A DNA stretch of 60,640 bases, filler included, from Sphacelaria rigidula (lineage: Eukaryota), in the NCBI GenBank assembly GCA_964200075.2. It is 7 parts of 7 records of this genome, joined end to end, with 100 filler letters (N's around TTAATTAATTAA, not from the genome) between each part and the next. Parts side by side here need not be neighbours in the genome. Positions count along the whole stretch, not along the records: positions 8,679 to 17,255 come from CAXNAA020010722.1; positions 17,356 to 25,932 come from CAXNAA020010723.1; 5 more parts are not named here. One strand, written 5' to 3'. The notes beneath the pieces are model-generated. The model had not been told where the DNA came from. It worked only from the letters and a program-made list of their open reading frames with translations, and did no database searches. Shown piece by piece: positions 12,730 to 26,032 of the stretch; position 1 is the stretch's first letter; each line of letters begins with the position of its first letter. The translations under genes were made by a program, and so were the position numbers.

Positions 12730-13135
12730 TTTTTGGGGCGATACGGACTAGATACCCCGTTTATCAGGAGGGCGCTATTGACCGCTTTTGGTCCAATAAA
12801 ACAGTTTTCCGGCTCTTCCGCAACGAAACGGTAAACATTCAGATATAAGAATACGTATGCAATTCTTTACAATAACGATCGAGATCGTGTTTCCCTCCTA
12901 TGCTGCACAGACCTCAGTCAGGCATTATCTGCGGATAGCTTATTTTCGTTCTTTTTCGCAGAACATTTTCCGTGAGCACTCGAAAGTGCTACCGTCGATA
13001 GCTTCGGCAAAATAGGTAGACCGTGCTCGAATCTCAATGCCCGAGTTGATGTTGTGGGGGCGGTACGGAGTAAAGACCCCGTTTATCAGGAGGATTTTAT
13101 TGACCGTGAATGGTCCAAGAAATATTTTTTTCGGC
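12730..13135. repeat. Degenerate direct repeat (two copies ~340 bp apart)
   Basis: GGGGCG.TACGGA.TA.A.ACCCCGTTTATCAGGAGG...TATTGACCG...TGGTCCAA at ~12735 and ~13057. Confidence 0.6.
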
Positions 13136-14911
13136 ATTAGCGCAGTATATAGGTGAAATTAAATAAAAATAATCCTTTTTGAGCCTTCACTTATATGATC
13201 GGGATCGAGTCGGTCCACCGAAAATACCGAAAAGCAAAAACCTGGGGTCGCATTTTCGCAGGAACCCCGAAGATCGGTCAATTCCGTAAGTCACTCAATA
13301 TTGATCGCTGATATTTTTCATTCCAATATCATTTGTCGAGAGGATGAAAATATCTTCAGATGCCCATTTTTTGGCATCCAACAATCACTGTAATGAGCGG
13401 TGGCAAGCGAAACAAATTTCGAAAATCTTTGATGAGAAACTAAGAAATTAGGAATTCTGCATACTTCTGACGTTGACTACTGTAGCGGACAAGATATCGC
13501 CAACGACGAGACAGGTACCCCTTGCACGACAAAACAAACACCAGCGGCATATCCCCAAACGTGGTGAGGGTAAGGCAATCGCGCCCCCTCGGGAAAACCG
13601 GATTCCCGGGGCATTCGTAGTTCCGAGTACCGAGTACCCACCACAGGGTACCTATAACTGTGGGGTAGCGACGGCCGAAGCCACACTGCGTACCACATAG
13701 TCGACGGGAGCGCTTGAGGGTATCAACAGAAAAAAAGACTATATATTGAGTGTTCCAGGCTGAAAAAACTCGGGTTCGACTCATGCCGAATGCGTTTAGT
13801 TTGGCTTTGTTTATCAAGAGTATCTGATTTCCCCTCGTTAAAAGCGTGAGGCCGCGGAGGGCGAAAATGATTTGTTCGACTGACTTTGTTGTACGACAGT
13901 ACAGTTGACGCAGTGCGCGAGTACTGATCTAGGATTCCCGATGTACATAGTGGACCATGACCACCCCCTAAATATCTCCCTCCTTTAATCCGTGAAAACA
14001 AGTTTTTCGTGAACAAAATCGCGACAACAAAAACTGACTACAGTATGCAAGGATATTTTCTTCTTTGTTTGATACAGACATGAAAGTAAAATAGGATGCA
14101 CGTTATCTGATTTGCCAAAAAAAAAGTTCAGGAAATCTGACTGGCTGACACTTCCTTGGACAACGGCTGACGTCAGCCATGACTCTTCGGCGCGGAGGGA
14201 CTTCTGAACATGGATGACGTCACGCGATAGACTATGATTTTTCAACCATTTTCAAGAAGGGCGGGGGTGGGGTGGGGAAGGGAGATTCCCGGGAAAAGCA
14301 TTAACCCGGGCGTCGAGTCACTGAACGAAGCGGCATGTAGTTTGCGGATTGGTCGACACCTTTTGGCTAGTTGTTTCACTTGGACGAAAGGAGAAAAATC
14401 AAGGACACACACCCATCATAGGTTATGACCACGCGGCCGCTTTATCTGCGGACACTTTATTTCCTCACTTTTCGAACACAAAAAATATGTTCCCCGCGTC
14501 GGACAGATCATGATCCGTCTGACATTGACTTCTTAGTAAACTGATCCAGATCATGATCCAGATCATTTGCCCCCTCCTTTTCCATGTTTGCTCCCGTCAG
14601 CGCCGGACGCCGAGCACGCCAAATACCGCAAAGGTTGCGCTTTGTTTTTTTTTTACTCCGCGGGGTCACACATTTCGTGTTTTTGGACCAACGGATTCGG
14701 TAATCTTCCTTGATTAGTTATTTCAGACGTGTGAAATGTTATCATGCTCCTTCCGCAGATTAGGATGGAAAGGAGCTCGCATACGACGGGACCACGTATG
14801 AGAAGTTCACATTACCTGCAGCGTGTGTGTTGCTGTTGCTGCTGATGTTCAACAGTTTCAAAGAGTCAACAATCGCACACTGCACCAACACCTCGAGTAT
14901 CACCACTACTT

Positions 14912-15476
14912 CGGGATATCCTCATTTTGTCGGTCGAACAGCGCTGGCAACCATGTCGGAGAGACCACCGTCCAAGTCAGAGAGCGACTGTGAACACCAG
15001 GAAGGTCCAGACTGAGTTCAGCACCGCACAACCCCGGGCTCAGTCAGCGGCCGATCCCGGGTTTAGCCTTGCGACTATCAAACAAGGGCGACTACGTGCA
15101 TCGCAGTTGTTGACGCTGTCTCATCTACTGCTGACCTCAACACCGTGGGGACAAGCGAGGTGGGGAACATGAGAAATGAGAAGCTTTGCCTCGGAACTAT
15201 CCCTACACACATCTCTTGCACCATCGCATGGGCCGTCCGGTATGAGGCCAGCAGTAGATGAGACAGCATCAGACAAATCCAGCCAACTCGTCATCCTCGT
15301 TCGGTGGTCGCAAGGCCACCTCGGGATTGGCCGCTGCCGGAGTCGGCGTAGTGCGCCACTGAACTCAGTCTGAATCTTTGCCTGGTGTTCACGATCGCTT
15401 TCGGATTTCGGCAGTGTTTTCTCTGACATGATTGTCAGCACTGTTCGACCGACAAGTGTCATGGTGAAATATCCTG
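14912..15476. repeat. Long imperfect foldback (~215-bp arms, ~100-nt loop), probably a MITE
   Basis: 14927-15139 is the reverse complement of 15243-15455 (e.g. CAGACTGAGTTCAG/CTGAACTCAGTCTG; TGTCTCATCTACTGCTG/CAGCAGTAGATGAGACA). Confidence 0.85.
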
Positions 15477-17255
15477 CAGGACCGGACAATTTGAGCGTGT
15501 GCCCAAAAAAACTAGCGAAATCCGTAGAATTTCACCATTCCGGGAGTAAAAACGCGATATATCTGGATCTTCATACAGGCTTTTACTTGTGTTTCAGTCC
15601 ACCCCGTTTCCTGGGATGCAGGGGTCACTTGCATGCCACGGCGCGCCGTAATGCACGTTTGACCTATGAAAGGGACCAATAGTGATCAACGCCATTCGCT
15701 CGAGGGTTCACGGTATACCTTCGTTACGTTAGAGGTTGGGGATCAAGGTTAGCCCTACGGAGTGATTGTTGGGTTAGCCTCATGAAGATCCGAAGCTGTC
15801 AATTTACGCGCGAGATTATAAAATAAGCTTCGACGAGGCTTGAGGTGTTCGGTGCAGTGGTTTTTGACTTTTGTTGAACTGTTGCAACACACAACAAAGT
15901 ACACGCTGGTGTGCTATACTACTCCTCTACTGTAACAATAACTGAGAGCTACAGCATGACTCATATCGGGCAACGAACTATCCATCCATAGCGCGGCTGA
16001 AGAGCTTTCGTCGACGTCTGTTCGCGGACTGGCCGCTTTGACAGCGTAGGACAATCGATTTTACAAAAAAAGTCGGTATCCACCTTCCCCATCGTTGCCT
16101 TGACGAAATCAAGAATTCACGGAAATATTCATCGGGGGATGTCTTCAGAGGCCACGTGTCGACATATGCGAAGCTTCGGCGGATGCGCCGCAGCGCTCGC
16201 GGAGAGTCATCTCCTGTGCTGTACTGATGACTGCACTGTACTCTACGCCAGTACTACTGCCTTCACTACTGTAGAGGGATCCCCTGTGGAACTGTATACC
16301 GCACCGTGATGTGCCGTGTCGTGCGGTACACCGCTGTACAGTACTGTATTGCTGTGGTACAGTACTGTGCAGGTTACGGCGGCATGGTTACTTCCGTTTT
16401 GTAAACCCAGCAGATCTGAGGAGTAAACTGTTTGCCCTGGAGCTGATTCATTCGGGTATAGACTCCACGATCTAGATTTTGAAATAGGGGAATTCGCCGT
16501 ATCCCTTTTATTGAGCCTAGCCCGAAGTCTTATCCCAAGCGCTGGCCGGGTGCCCCCTCACTGGGTTCCCTTTTCCGCCCAAAACTGTCTAACGACACAA
16601 CATATGGAAGTTTTTCGGCGAATCAAAACAACAAGCCAAGAGTACACTGTCGATCAATCCGTAACCCATGTGCCACTGCGTTCGGCCCATAACAAAAAAA
16701 ATCTCAGGACTTTCCAACAACAGCCCGACCGAAATAACCAAAAATCACGTGATATCATCATTCGTGTCCAAAACTTTCTCCGCTCCGAAGGGCCGTGGAT
16801 GACGTCTGCTGCATCGACCGAGAAATATCGGTCAGTTCGAATTCCCGAGTTTTTCTCCCCCGGCCAACCCGGCCAAACTATCGTAAACTACCCTTCACTT
16901 TTTTTTTCATCTCTCACCCGGATAGTCGTTTACACCGTCGGCTAGCTAGGGTACACCACCGTACGATAATGTAGCCACTCTGTCACCGTCAGTCCTAGTG
17001 ATTTACCAGGGTGTGGTGGGATGGTGAGATAAGAGACAAGACACGATGATTATGACAGCTGGTACTGTACTAGACACCGTAAAAACAAAGCAGATTTTCC
17101 GCTGCCTGTTGCTGAAGGAATGAGAAGAGAAGGAAAAAAATAAATAAATACAAGCTATCTACGTAGTGTGTCCTCTATATCATACAGCAGTATCAACAGC
17201 CTGGATCCGTTTTTGAGGTTCAACATTTGGGTGAGGTTCAACTCGAAAACTATGC

Positions 17256-17355
17256 NNNNNNNNNNNNNNNNNNNNNNNNNNNNNNNNNNNNNNNNNNNNT
17301 TAATTAATTAANNNNNNNNNNNNNNNNNNNNNNNNNNNNNNNNNNNNNNNNNNNN
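17256..17355. other. Artificial contig linker
   Basis: Same 100-bp linker. Confidence 0.98.
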
Positions 17356-18589
17356 GCACACCCCTCTCGACTGGCGTGTTCAGGACTGGAGCCCGGCTGG
17401 CGGGGGAGGTGTGGGTAAACTTAGTGATGAATAACACTCCCCTAAGTTCAAATTCGATATATCTGTTATTATCGCAGCACCGTCCTTGCTGGCATATGTG
17501 TGTGACAGAGAACAGTAGTAGCGGTGACGGGAACATTGCCCTATTGTTTCAACATGGTTTTCAGCGCACAGAGGCGCGTGTTGTCCAAAAATAGAGCCAG
17601 AGAGAAATCGATGTTCGCGTTGGCGACAGGCGAGAAGAGACACGGAAATTCTCCGCACGTCGATGCTCTGGCATATGAAAAAATTGGCACATGCTGGTAA
17701 GATCAAGGATGCCAGTCTCTCGAGAGTTTGGTAATCACCGAGAGGGGACACACAAAGGGCACGGNNNNNNGACCTTCCTCTCTGTCGTTGCTTCTCTCTC
17801 TGGTGATATCGTCATCGACACGCGTGTACACCGCATTTCGTTGGGTGCACCTAGCCAGAGTTGCTTAACCCTTGGACCGCGGTTCCCGTAGTCCATCTGG
17901 ACCACGCGTGTACTTTTTTCAAGTGAATATCGATGCTGATTCAGCAGGTGACCTACTCTCGCGGTCTGACGGTCAAGTCCTCCTGCAGAGTTTGGGGGGG
18001 GGAAGATACTTTCGCTCTGTGTTACTCTTTCGTATCTTCCCTGCGATAGAAAAATGCGACTTCAGCCCCATTTTTTGTTGAACCCCAAAATTGAGGATCG
18101 GCTGTTTTATTGCTCATACCGTCGGTAGTGAGATGGGTGCGCTTTGGTGCTGATCAACCAGCCTACCCACTGCTCCTTCTATTACCATCGCAAAGCACGA
18201 GCCCCCGCCAGCGATTCATTCGCTTTTCCCCACACGCCCTTTCCCAGGCAAGCTTATTTTCACCAAACCTTTATGCTGCGGGTGTAGAATGAAGGCGAAT
18301 GTGAAGCGAAACATCTGTCCTAGAAGCGGCGGCCGCGGCGGCCGCGGCGGCGGCGTTTTCGGACAACGTACGCTCATGACTCAAGTTTGATGCTATTCGG
18401 TAGGATTCTACCGTGTGTTACAGTACAGTCGAACACCCTACAGTATGTAGGGGTTGAAGTACCCCCATCTGGCGCAGGAATCCGCGTGGGACATTTTGAT
18501 CGCCGCAGCGAAGCATGGGTCCAGCAAAATAGCGTCTGTATACTTGCCGCCCAGTCCTTTCCCCTCAAGCTTTATTTTTTGCGCCAGGC

Positions 18590-19922
18590 AGCACGCCGCG
18601 CGTGTAGAATGACAGCGACAGGTAGACCAAACACCCCTTCCTGAAACAGAGATAGTGGTTTGGTCTCTGAACTGTCGGAGCGCCCTTCTTCGAACCGTCG
18701 TGTTTCTTCGTTCTGCTCGCGAGTGGAGTGCAGATCATGCGGCTGCTGGTTCTCCTGTGCGTGCCAACGGTGATTCGCACCGACTGTAGATTCGTTGTCA
18801 GCGGTCGAGAGGCATTCTGTGTGCTGCTGTTTAGGCTCGCTTTCCCTTGCAGATTGACGGATATGCGCTTGGTCTTCGGGCTAAAAGAGTCGTGCGCTTC
18901 GGAGACGTTCAACTTTATGGTGCACTTTCTCGACGACAAATGGGGGCATCAACTCGACTTGGACGTCGCGGGCATCAAGCCTAAGCTGACGATGTTCACC
19001 GCAGCTGTTCAAGCGACGGGTGCACCGCTAGCGAATTGGTGGGCTTTCATCGACGGCACAGGGCGCGCGGTTTCCAGGTATGGCCGGGGTTAGCTCAGCC
19101 GACCGGCACGCAGTTTTAGACGCCGCGATTCCTACCTCTTCCTCCGTGTGACACTGTCTTTGTGCGATTCAAACACCGAAGGACGGCTGTAATGCAGCGA
19201 CTGCATTTCATCGTGCAATAGCCGAGACTGAAGAGTCATGGTTGAAGGTCACAGAACGATGTTGTATGTAGAAAGACCGCCCGACATAGATAACAAATCC
19301 GTCATGTTTTTCCCGCCCAAAGGCGGCGATCCCAACCCTGGTCGCCGCTTGTAATCGTAACCATATCGTACCCACACCCGCCGCCGTGTGGGTCCGTTTT
19401 TCTGCAGACCTGTACGCGGGCAGCGCGCCGTCTACAATGGCCACAAGAAGTTGCATGCGTTGAAGTATCAGGGGTTGGTCACCCCCGACGGAATTATCGC
19501 CGACCTTTGGGGGCTTACGTGCTGGAACAATCAAGCTTGCTCTCGCTTCTACAGGCCAACATGAACAGCAGTGATGGCCTACTTTATTGTGTATACGGCG
19601 ACCCCGCCTACGGCATGAGCAACCACTTGTGCAGCCCGTACCAAGCGGCCACCAACGGCCCGCTCGCACCCGAAATGAGGGAGTTCAACAAGGGTATGAG
19701 TCGGTGACGCGTTACCGTGGAGTGGGCATTCAAAAAGATGACCGGCAAGTGGGCTTTCTTGAGCATGAAGCCTCAGCAAAACATACTTCTTAGCCCGGTG
19801 GGGAAGCAGTACCGAGTGGCAAAGCTGCTGCTAACATGTACTCATGTCTGAACGGGGGTAACCAAAGTTCCCAGTTCTTCGACATCGCGCCCCCGTCAGT
19901 AGAGGGGTGCCTCCGACTTTAG
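18590..19922 (+). pseudogene. PIF/Harbinger DDE transposase (DDE_Tnp_4/HARBI1-like) pseudogene
   Basis: EAFCVLLFRLAFPCRL...WAFIDGTGRAVSR, GT-AG intron 19078-19407, then PVRGQRAVYNGHKKLHALKYQGLVTPDGII...YGDPAY...EFNKGMSR*RVTVEWAFKKM...W. Frameshifting deletion of the GxxHD segment (~19513), TGA at 19705-19707, further frameshift near 19830. Confidence 0.92.
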
Positions 19923-21448
19923 GTTTCTTTGACTTTTCATGGGCGAAACGCCGACCGGTGCGACGTAAATGTACGTTACGTGTTTTTTTTGTGTCATCAT
20001 GCAGTAGTGCGCCCGGTGACGTAGGCAGCGAAGTGGGAGTTGGTATTCGCTGCGGTTTTTGTCAACATGCGTCGCAGGCTGATTAGCACAGACTAGTATG
20101 CATTCACACCACTATGGTCATTTGCCACAGGTTCAGTCGGGGATGAGTCATTGTGTCGGGGATTTTTGAAACGGTTGGTGTCATATTTCACCCTGGCCAC
20201 GGTGTTTTCACTTCATCCGTTCTGGTGTTGTCCATTACCGAGAAAGTCGTGGTCGTGTTTGAAATATGTTGGCGCATTGAGTACCATTCGAGGCCGCGCT
20301 GAGTTGTTCGTGATCGGCGTGAAATAACGGCAAGATGATAGTGCTCGATTTGGGACACTTGGTGTAGTGTGCGCGTGTTGAAGCAAGCGATTGATGGGAA
20401 TTCATTCAGCGAGAGTTGGACACGGACCATCGCGAAACAAAGAAAGCACGACGGCGGCGGCGTAAACTCGAGTGGTTCCCAACGGGTTTCGTCGGAGAGC
20501 CACATTTTGTCCTCTGGGCGGAGTGATGGGGCCGGGGGTGAGAAGTGGAATCAGCGCCACTCTGAGCATCTGCAACCACAGCGAATGTCTATTGTCGAGT
20601 GAACAACGTGGCGTACATATGGGTGAAAACCGATGAGGGAAAAATATTACAAGGTTCAGCGGGTGCGCTGAGGTATCACACGGCGTGTGATGACGGACAC
20701 CGACAATTCTGTACCAAGGTCAACTAATGTGCGAACAACCCTGTATATTGTCCAACTTCGATCGCCGTTATTTCCGGTCGAGATTTTGGGCGCCAACAAA
20801 AATATGCAGTGTACTCAGGAAACAAGTCGCAAAGTTGAACTCAACGTAATTCACGAGGCCTGTACCCAACGGCCGCACAGCCGTCACATGTTTGTTTCGC
20901 CTCCCCCGTGATTTTGATTCTCCATTTCTCCATCACATGCAGGGGGTATAACTGTCAGGTGCATAAGAAAACGTTGAAGATCCAAGGATTATTTATTTGA
21001 ATAGATTATTGTATCGCCACTTTTTTGGTAGAAGTCGGTCCCTCTTGAATGGCAGGCGGACGTCAAATGTCCCGGGACACCCTGCACTGAAAAATCTCTT
21101 CGCCAACGGGCGTGTACCCTGCAGTAAATCGAGGTGATGTTCGTTTTGCAATCCAAGAACGTGTGACCCAGAACTCAAAGCCGAAAAATCAAGTTCCCCA
21201 AAATGACACACCGTGGGACATGGAGTTTATATCCCCTCACGGAATTTCCCCTACGGCATGTTTCTCAATATATCGCAAAGGGGCTGAGTCGAAGAATATA
21301 TATCACAATTAGATTATAAGACTCGAAAGCGAATCAACCCCGGGCAAAAATCAAGCGGAAAATACTCCAAGAATAAAACACAGAAACGGACAGGGAAATC
21401 ATAGATGCTTGCGGCAACCGATCATGCGCCGGACCACTTACGTCCATT

Positions 21449-24179
21449 TTACAAAACATTTGCCGCAAATTCATACCACAAACCTGTACCAGCGTACCTG
21501 TCGAGAGCCGACTCCTCCGTGCTGTATCTTGACCCTCGTTTCTTCCGGCCGCTCTTGGACTTTCCGCGGCTGCTCGTGTCTTCAACAGGGTCCAAGTTGT
21601 CCCCCTCGTAGTCGAAATTATCGTCATGCTCCAAAAGCAATCCCATCCCAGTACTTCGACAGCCAGCGATCAAGTGCTTCGTGAATAGGGCATTCATATT
21701 ATCCGCCATCGCCCAATGCAGGTCCTCCCCCTCCCACCCGTTCACCCAGTAGTCAACCTTCATTTCGGTGCAGTTGGGGATTTCTGCGCACATCGTAGCC
21801 GTCACCTCACCCGCTTCAAGCCCGGATCTGTTACAGACATCCTCCAACCTTTCCTGCCTGAAGCCGTTCCACCTCATTTCACTCCTGGCCCCTTTGGCCG
21901 CGGCCGTGTTCCCCTCATAGCCGTTGTAGGCTTCGCCGCCAGGCATGACGTCGGCTATACCCTCGACCAAGAGCGCGGAGAGCTTCGGCTCCATATCTGG
22001 GCTGATGTCATCCCCAGACCAGTGACAGTCGATGAACTTTTTGTATTGTGCATCTGTCACTTGCAAGTTGTCCATGAAATATTCAGCGTTGAGGTTGCAT
22101 CCCATGCCGAGTTTATCCATCAATTCCGTACCCATTCCACAACGCGCTTTCGGGCTGCTTCTGCCGCCGCTATGGCCACCACTTCGGCCGCCGGCGCCTC
22201 CGCCACTGCCGCCACCCGAGCTGCTGCTGCCACCACCGCTGGGACAGGCGGGCGACTATGTGCCGCTGCCGCGACCATCGTTACGGCCGCTGGCGTCTCC
22301 GCTAGCGCTGCCACCCGAGCTGCTGTTGCCGCCACCGCTGGGACGGGCGGGTGGCGAGGAGCTTTTCGGGGCACAGTTCGCCATGGCCAAATCGCGAATC
22401 TGTAATCCCTGTTTCGTCAATCGCTCCTTCTGCTTCCGCTGCTCGATTTTTTTTGTCAGACTTCCCCTTGTCATGCGCATATTTCTCCGCTCTGATGTCC
22501 GTCAAAACTTTTCCTGAATAGCAGGGCCGAAACAATACAGGAAGTCGGGAGAAGGGTTCGAAATGCGCCAAAAAATTATTAAATGATACGGCTGGAGGCT
22601 GATAACTTCAGCATAGAGACACATGTCGAGGTATCTAGGATGAATCTATTATTGGATAACGCCGCCGCCGCGCACCCCTTTTGGGTGTCACGCCACCCCC
22701 TAGCTAGCCCCGACACCTCAAGACCATTTGCAACACCGCCTGCAGCCATCATAGTGAACGACCTCAACAAAGACCAGTATGGGGAATGTGGACTTGACCC
22801 GGTCTGAAATCTGACGGGCAAAAATATGGCAGAGAACGGGTTTCGTTCGGCGGCGACGCGAAACGTCGCCGTGATATGTTCGCTAGCGAAAGTCCGCTGT
22901 TTCCGGTTTCCCAGTGTGGGCAAACTTATCAAACGGTAGAAAGGCACTGTTCTTTCGTTAAACATCACCATATCTCGGTATGGCTACGATATAGTTGTGT
23001 CGGAGCCGTTTCTGTTACACCCTCCTTGACCCAAGACCATGTGCTCACCAGCTTTGCTTCTTCGCCATCGGCCTGCCGTTTGTCAGTGTCGGTTGCTCCC
23101 TCCTTTCTGTTTGTTTCCGCTATATTCGCAGTCAGCATCCAGTTATAATGCGAACGCATCTGCACCACCGAGATATCGGTGAACAGCAACCGAAGAGCTT
23201 CTGTCCCGCAGATGTCAGCTTTTATTATGGAGAAGATGTCTTCCACCTTGATTTTCCTGTTGTCTACTTTCCGCGGCACCCACGGCTTAGCCCGTAGTGC
23301 TACGAAAACAGAAGGAGGGGCCAACGCGCATTGACAGAGGGAATTTATGATAGCGCAACTGCTGCATGGGTGAATTGCTACGGTTACCGCAAAATAGCAC
23401 AGTGCTGCTACTGAGAGTATTTAAGAGTACAGTCCAGTGCAATGCAGTAGAGTACAGTGCAATGCAAACGCGAGAGTAGAGTGCCGCAGAACAGACAGTA
23501 GTACAGAGGAGCACATGGCTGTACAGACAGAAAGTAATACAGAGGGGCACATGACTATACAAGTATACAGACAGTGCACGAGTGCATTGCAGCGTTATCT
23601 CCGGTCTGTGAGTCAAACTGAACAACAGCGCAAGCCGCATGGCGACGGCGTCGCATCACGGTATCACACACGGCAGGCTTGGCGACATTCATCGGCAGGT
23701 CAGCACTGCCTCGCGGCAGACGACAGGTGTCAGACCATCATGTGCGATCGCAGGCGGAGGCCTCGATTCTCACAACAGGGCAGTTGCACCCACGACAACA
23801 CGCGTCTGCCAAACTCACGAGTCGATGGTTCCCACACCACAAATCAAGAGAACTCCATCACGGTGACGATTGGGAGATCGACCGTCTACAGTTTAGGAGG
23901 GCAAGATGCAGGTTATGGATCTAACACGGTTCATCACTACACTCTCACCAGCTTTTGCCAGGACCGTCTTGCACAGGATGGGCCACGTTTTCCCCGTCCC
24001 AGCCCTTGGGGACCGTCTCTTCCTTTTTGGCGTCTCTTCATTTTTACCTGGGCCAACACCCATGCACTCTACTTCATCATTGGTGCTATCGCCAGGGAAC
24101 GTGCCACGCTCCTCGCCATTGAGTTCCTCAATCTCGGCTAGCTTCTCCGCGCCGGCCTGGACGAAGGACATCATCCCAT
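21449..24179 (-). pseudogene. Harbinger accessory Myb/SANT (trihelix)-like DNA-binding protein gene, frameshifted
   Basis: Convergent with the transposase. Exon ending 23949 splices in phase to exon 23299-23049, giving PKRKRRSPRAGTGKTWPILCKTVLAKAALRAKPWVPRK...IFSIIKADI...ISVVQMRSHYNWML. The next exon from ~22514 has a coiled-coil (KERLTKQGLQIRDLAMAN), a Gly/Ser linker and a ~200-aa globular region. Confidence 0.65.
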
Positions 24180-25029
24180 GCCCTCTCTTGCATGTTGGTG
24201 GCTGCTGAGTGCTGGTGCTTCCCGCGGGGTTTGCCGATCCGTCCACTTGCTGTGTAGAACGTGCACGCGATAGCTGCGCAAGGCCAGATGCCGCTGGAGA
24301 AGCGCGCGCGCGTCGTGCCCGAAACGCAGCCGCCGTCTGTACTACTTTATTTGGCTGCGCCATACAGGTTGTGATGGGTGTCCGTGGTGCTTTGTTGCTG
24401 TGGGTGAATTGGGTGCGAGCTGGAGGCGATGTTGCTGTGTGAGCGTGATGGTGCCTCGGTACAGTAGTACGGTAGTTCCTTTTCGTTCGGCTATGACTAT
24501 GAACAGGCACAGCGGTTTTCAGAGTGAAGACGTCCAAATGACACTCCCACTCAGAAAAACTGGCTCTGAAGAATACTTCATAGCTCAGAGTGCACCGTTA
24601 TCGGCTATTTTTCCTTCGACTCTGACTCTCTGTTGTCAGAATATTTGAAGGGTCGAGTACCAAGAGTCTATGGTATCAACAGAGTGGATAACTAGTTTCA
24701 TAGTGTTCAAGAGTTTTGTCGACAGAGTGAAATAGCCCCCCGCTATTTACTCCCCACACCGACCCACCTCAAGGAAGCTTACCAGTTTCTTATCAGTATT
24801 CTATGGAGTAGAGACTAATTGTGTTTGATTTGAGCAACGTCCAGATGAAGCGGCGAGTTTAAGCATCTTCTCTCATCGCATAAGCAAGTGTTTAACCAAC
24901 ACTGTGCAGCATCTGCGAGATCTCTTGTCAGAGCTGGGTTCACCAGTTGAAACGATTGTTCCTGTCACTTTGACAGTTGAACATTGTGTATTCTATACTA
25001 TACACAAGCCACGATAGCCATATATATTC

Positions 25030-25330
25030 CAACACTGCGCTACCGCGAGCGTTGCGGTACTTCTGGTTGCGCGCGAGGTTTTGTTATTCAAGAGAATCGC
25101 GCAGCGATGCAGAGGAGGGCAGATTCTCGTTCCCAGCATCCTCGGAGAAGCGGTACCAGTAGGTCTCGTGCACGAGGGAAACCTTGCCGCTGCAGTCATG
25201 GACAAGCCGATGGTCGGTGACCGTAGACACGTCCAGGCGTAATACGTGTTCAACCACGTCGTAAGCGGGAACGTGATAAGGCAGCGAATGCATGGAGAAT
25301 GTGCCAGACACATATGGGGTGTCCTCATGA
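25030..25330 (-). mobile_element. Ty3/gypsy LTR retrotransposon pol C-terminal (chromodomain-like) remnant
   Basis: YVSGTFSMHSLPYHVPAYDVVEHVLRLDVSTVTDHRLVHDCSGKVSLVHETYW resembles the PYHV..DDV...RLEVE.I.GHQ.VRGRGG...LYETHW region I recall from brown-algal gypsy elements; degenerate. Confidence 0.55.
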
Positions 25331-25932
25331 TCATGCATGCCATAGTCATAAGACCATTGACATGCATGATCATGAGTACACACCTATATGGGGAGGGGGG
25401 GGAGCAGGAGATGTTTAGGCATGTCACTGGAGTAATGCGGGCTGACCCAGGATTTAGCTTTCCTTCCTCGGAAGTCTGGCTATTTTATTATTATTTCCGC
25501 CTATTAGCCCGATCTCGCGAACCCGTGGCCACAGACGTAGGCTCGCCTTTCCAATACCGTCCTTACTATTCCTTACCAGACATACTACCAAAATAAAAAG
25601 TAAGAAGAGAGACGCCACGAAAACCGGTGAAAAGTAGCCCCCCCGAGTTCAACGGGGAGAGAAAAGAGAGAAAAGAAAAACAAGTATACAAACAAACAAC
25701 AAACGCCAGATCTGTCAAAAGTGTACACCGAAAGAAAGGAAGAGACAAGACAACAAAGCCAAAACAGGAAAAGACAGGTGGCACAAGGAGATTAGTATGG
25801 CCACCATGTTAGGATTCAACTCAAAAACAAAAAAACAACCCCAGGCACCCTCACATACGACTACCACAGCTGTTCGGAGAAAGGCGGCAGCGAGTGTACT
25901 GCACGAATGGACTACAGGTTACGTTGTGGAGG

Positions 25933-26032
25933 NNNNNNNNNNNNNNNNNNNNNNNNNNNNNNNNNNNNNNNNNNNNTTAATTAATTAANNNNNNNNNNNN
26001 NNNNNNNNNNNNNNNNNNNNNNNNNNNNNNNN
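25933..26032. other. Artificial contig linker
   Basis: Same 100-bp linker. Confidence 0.98.
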
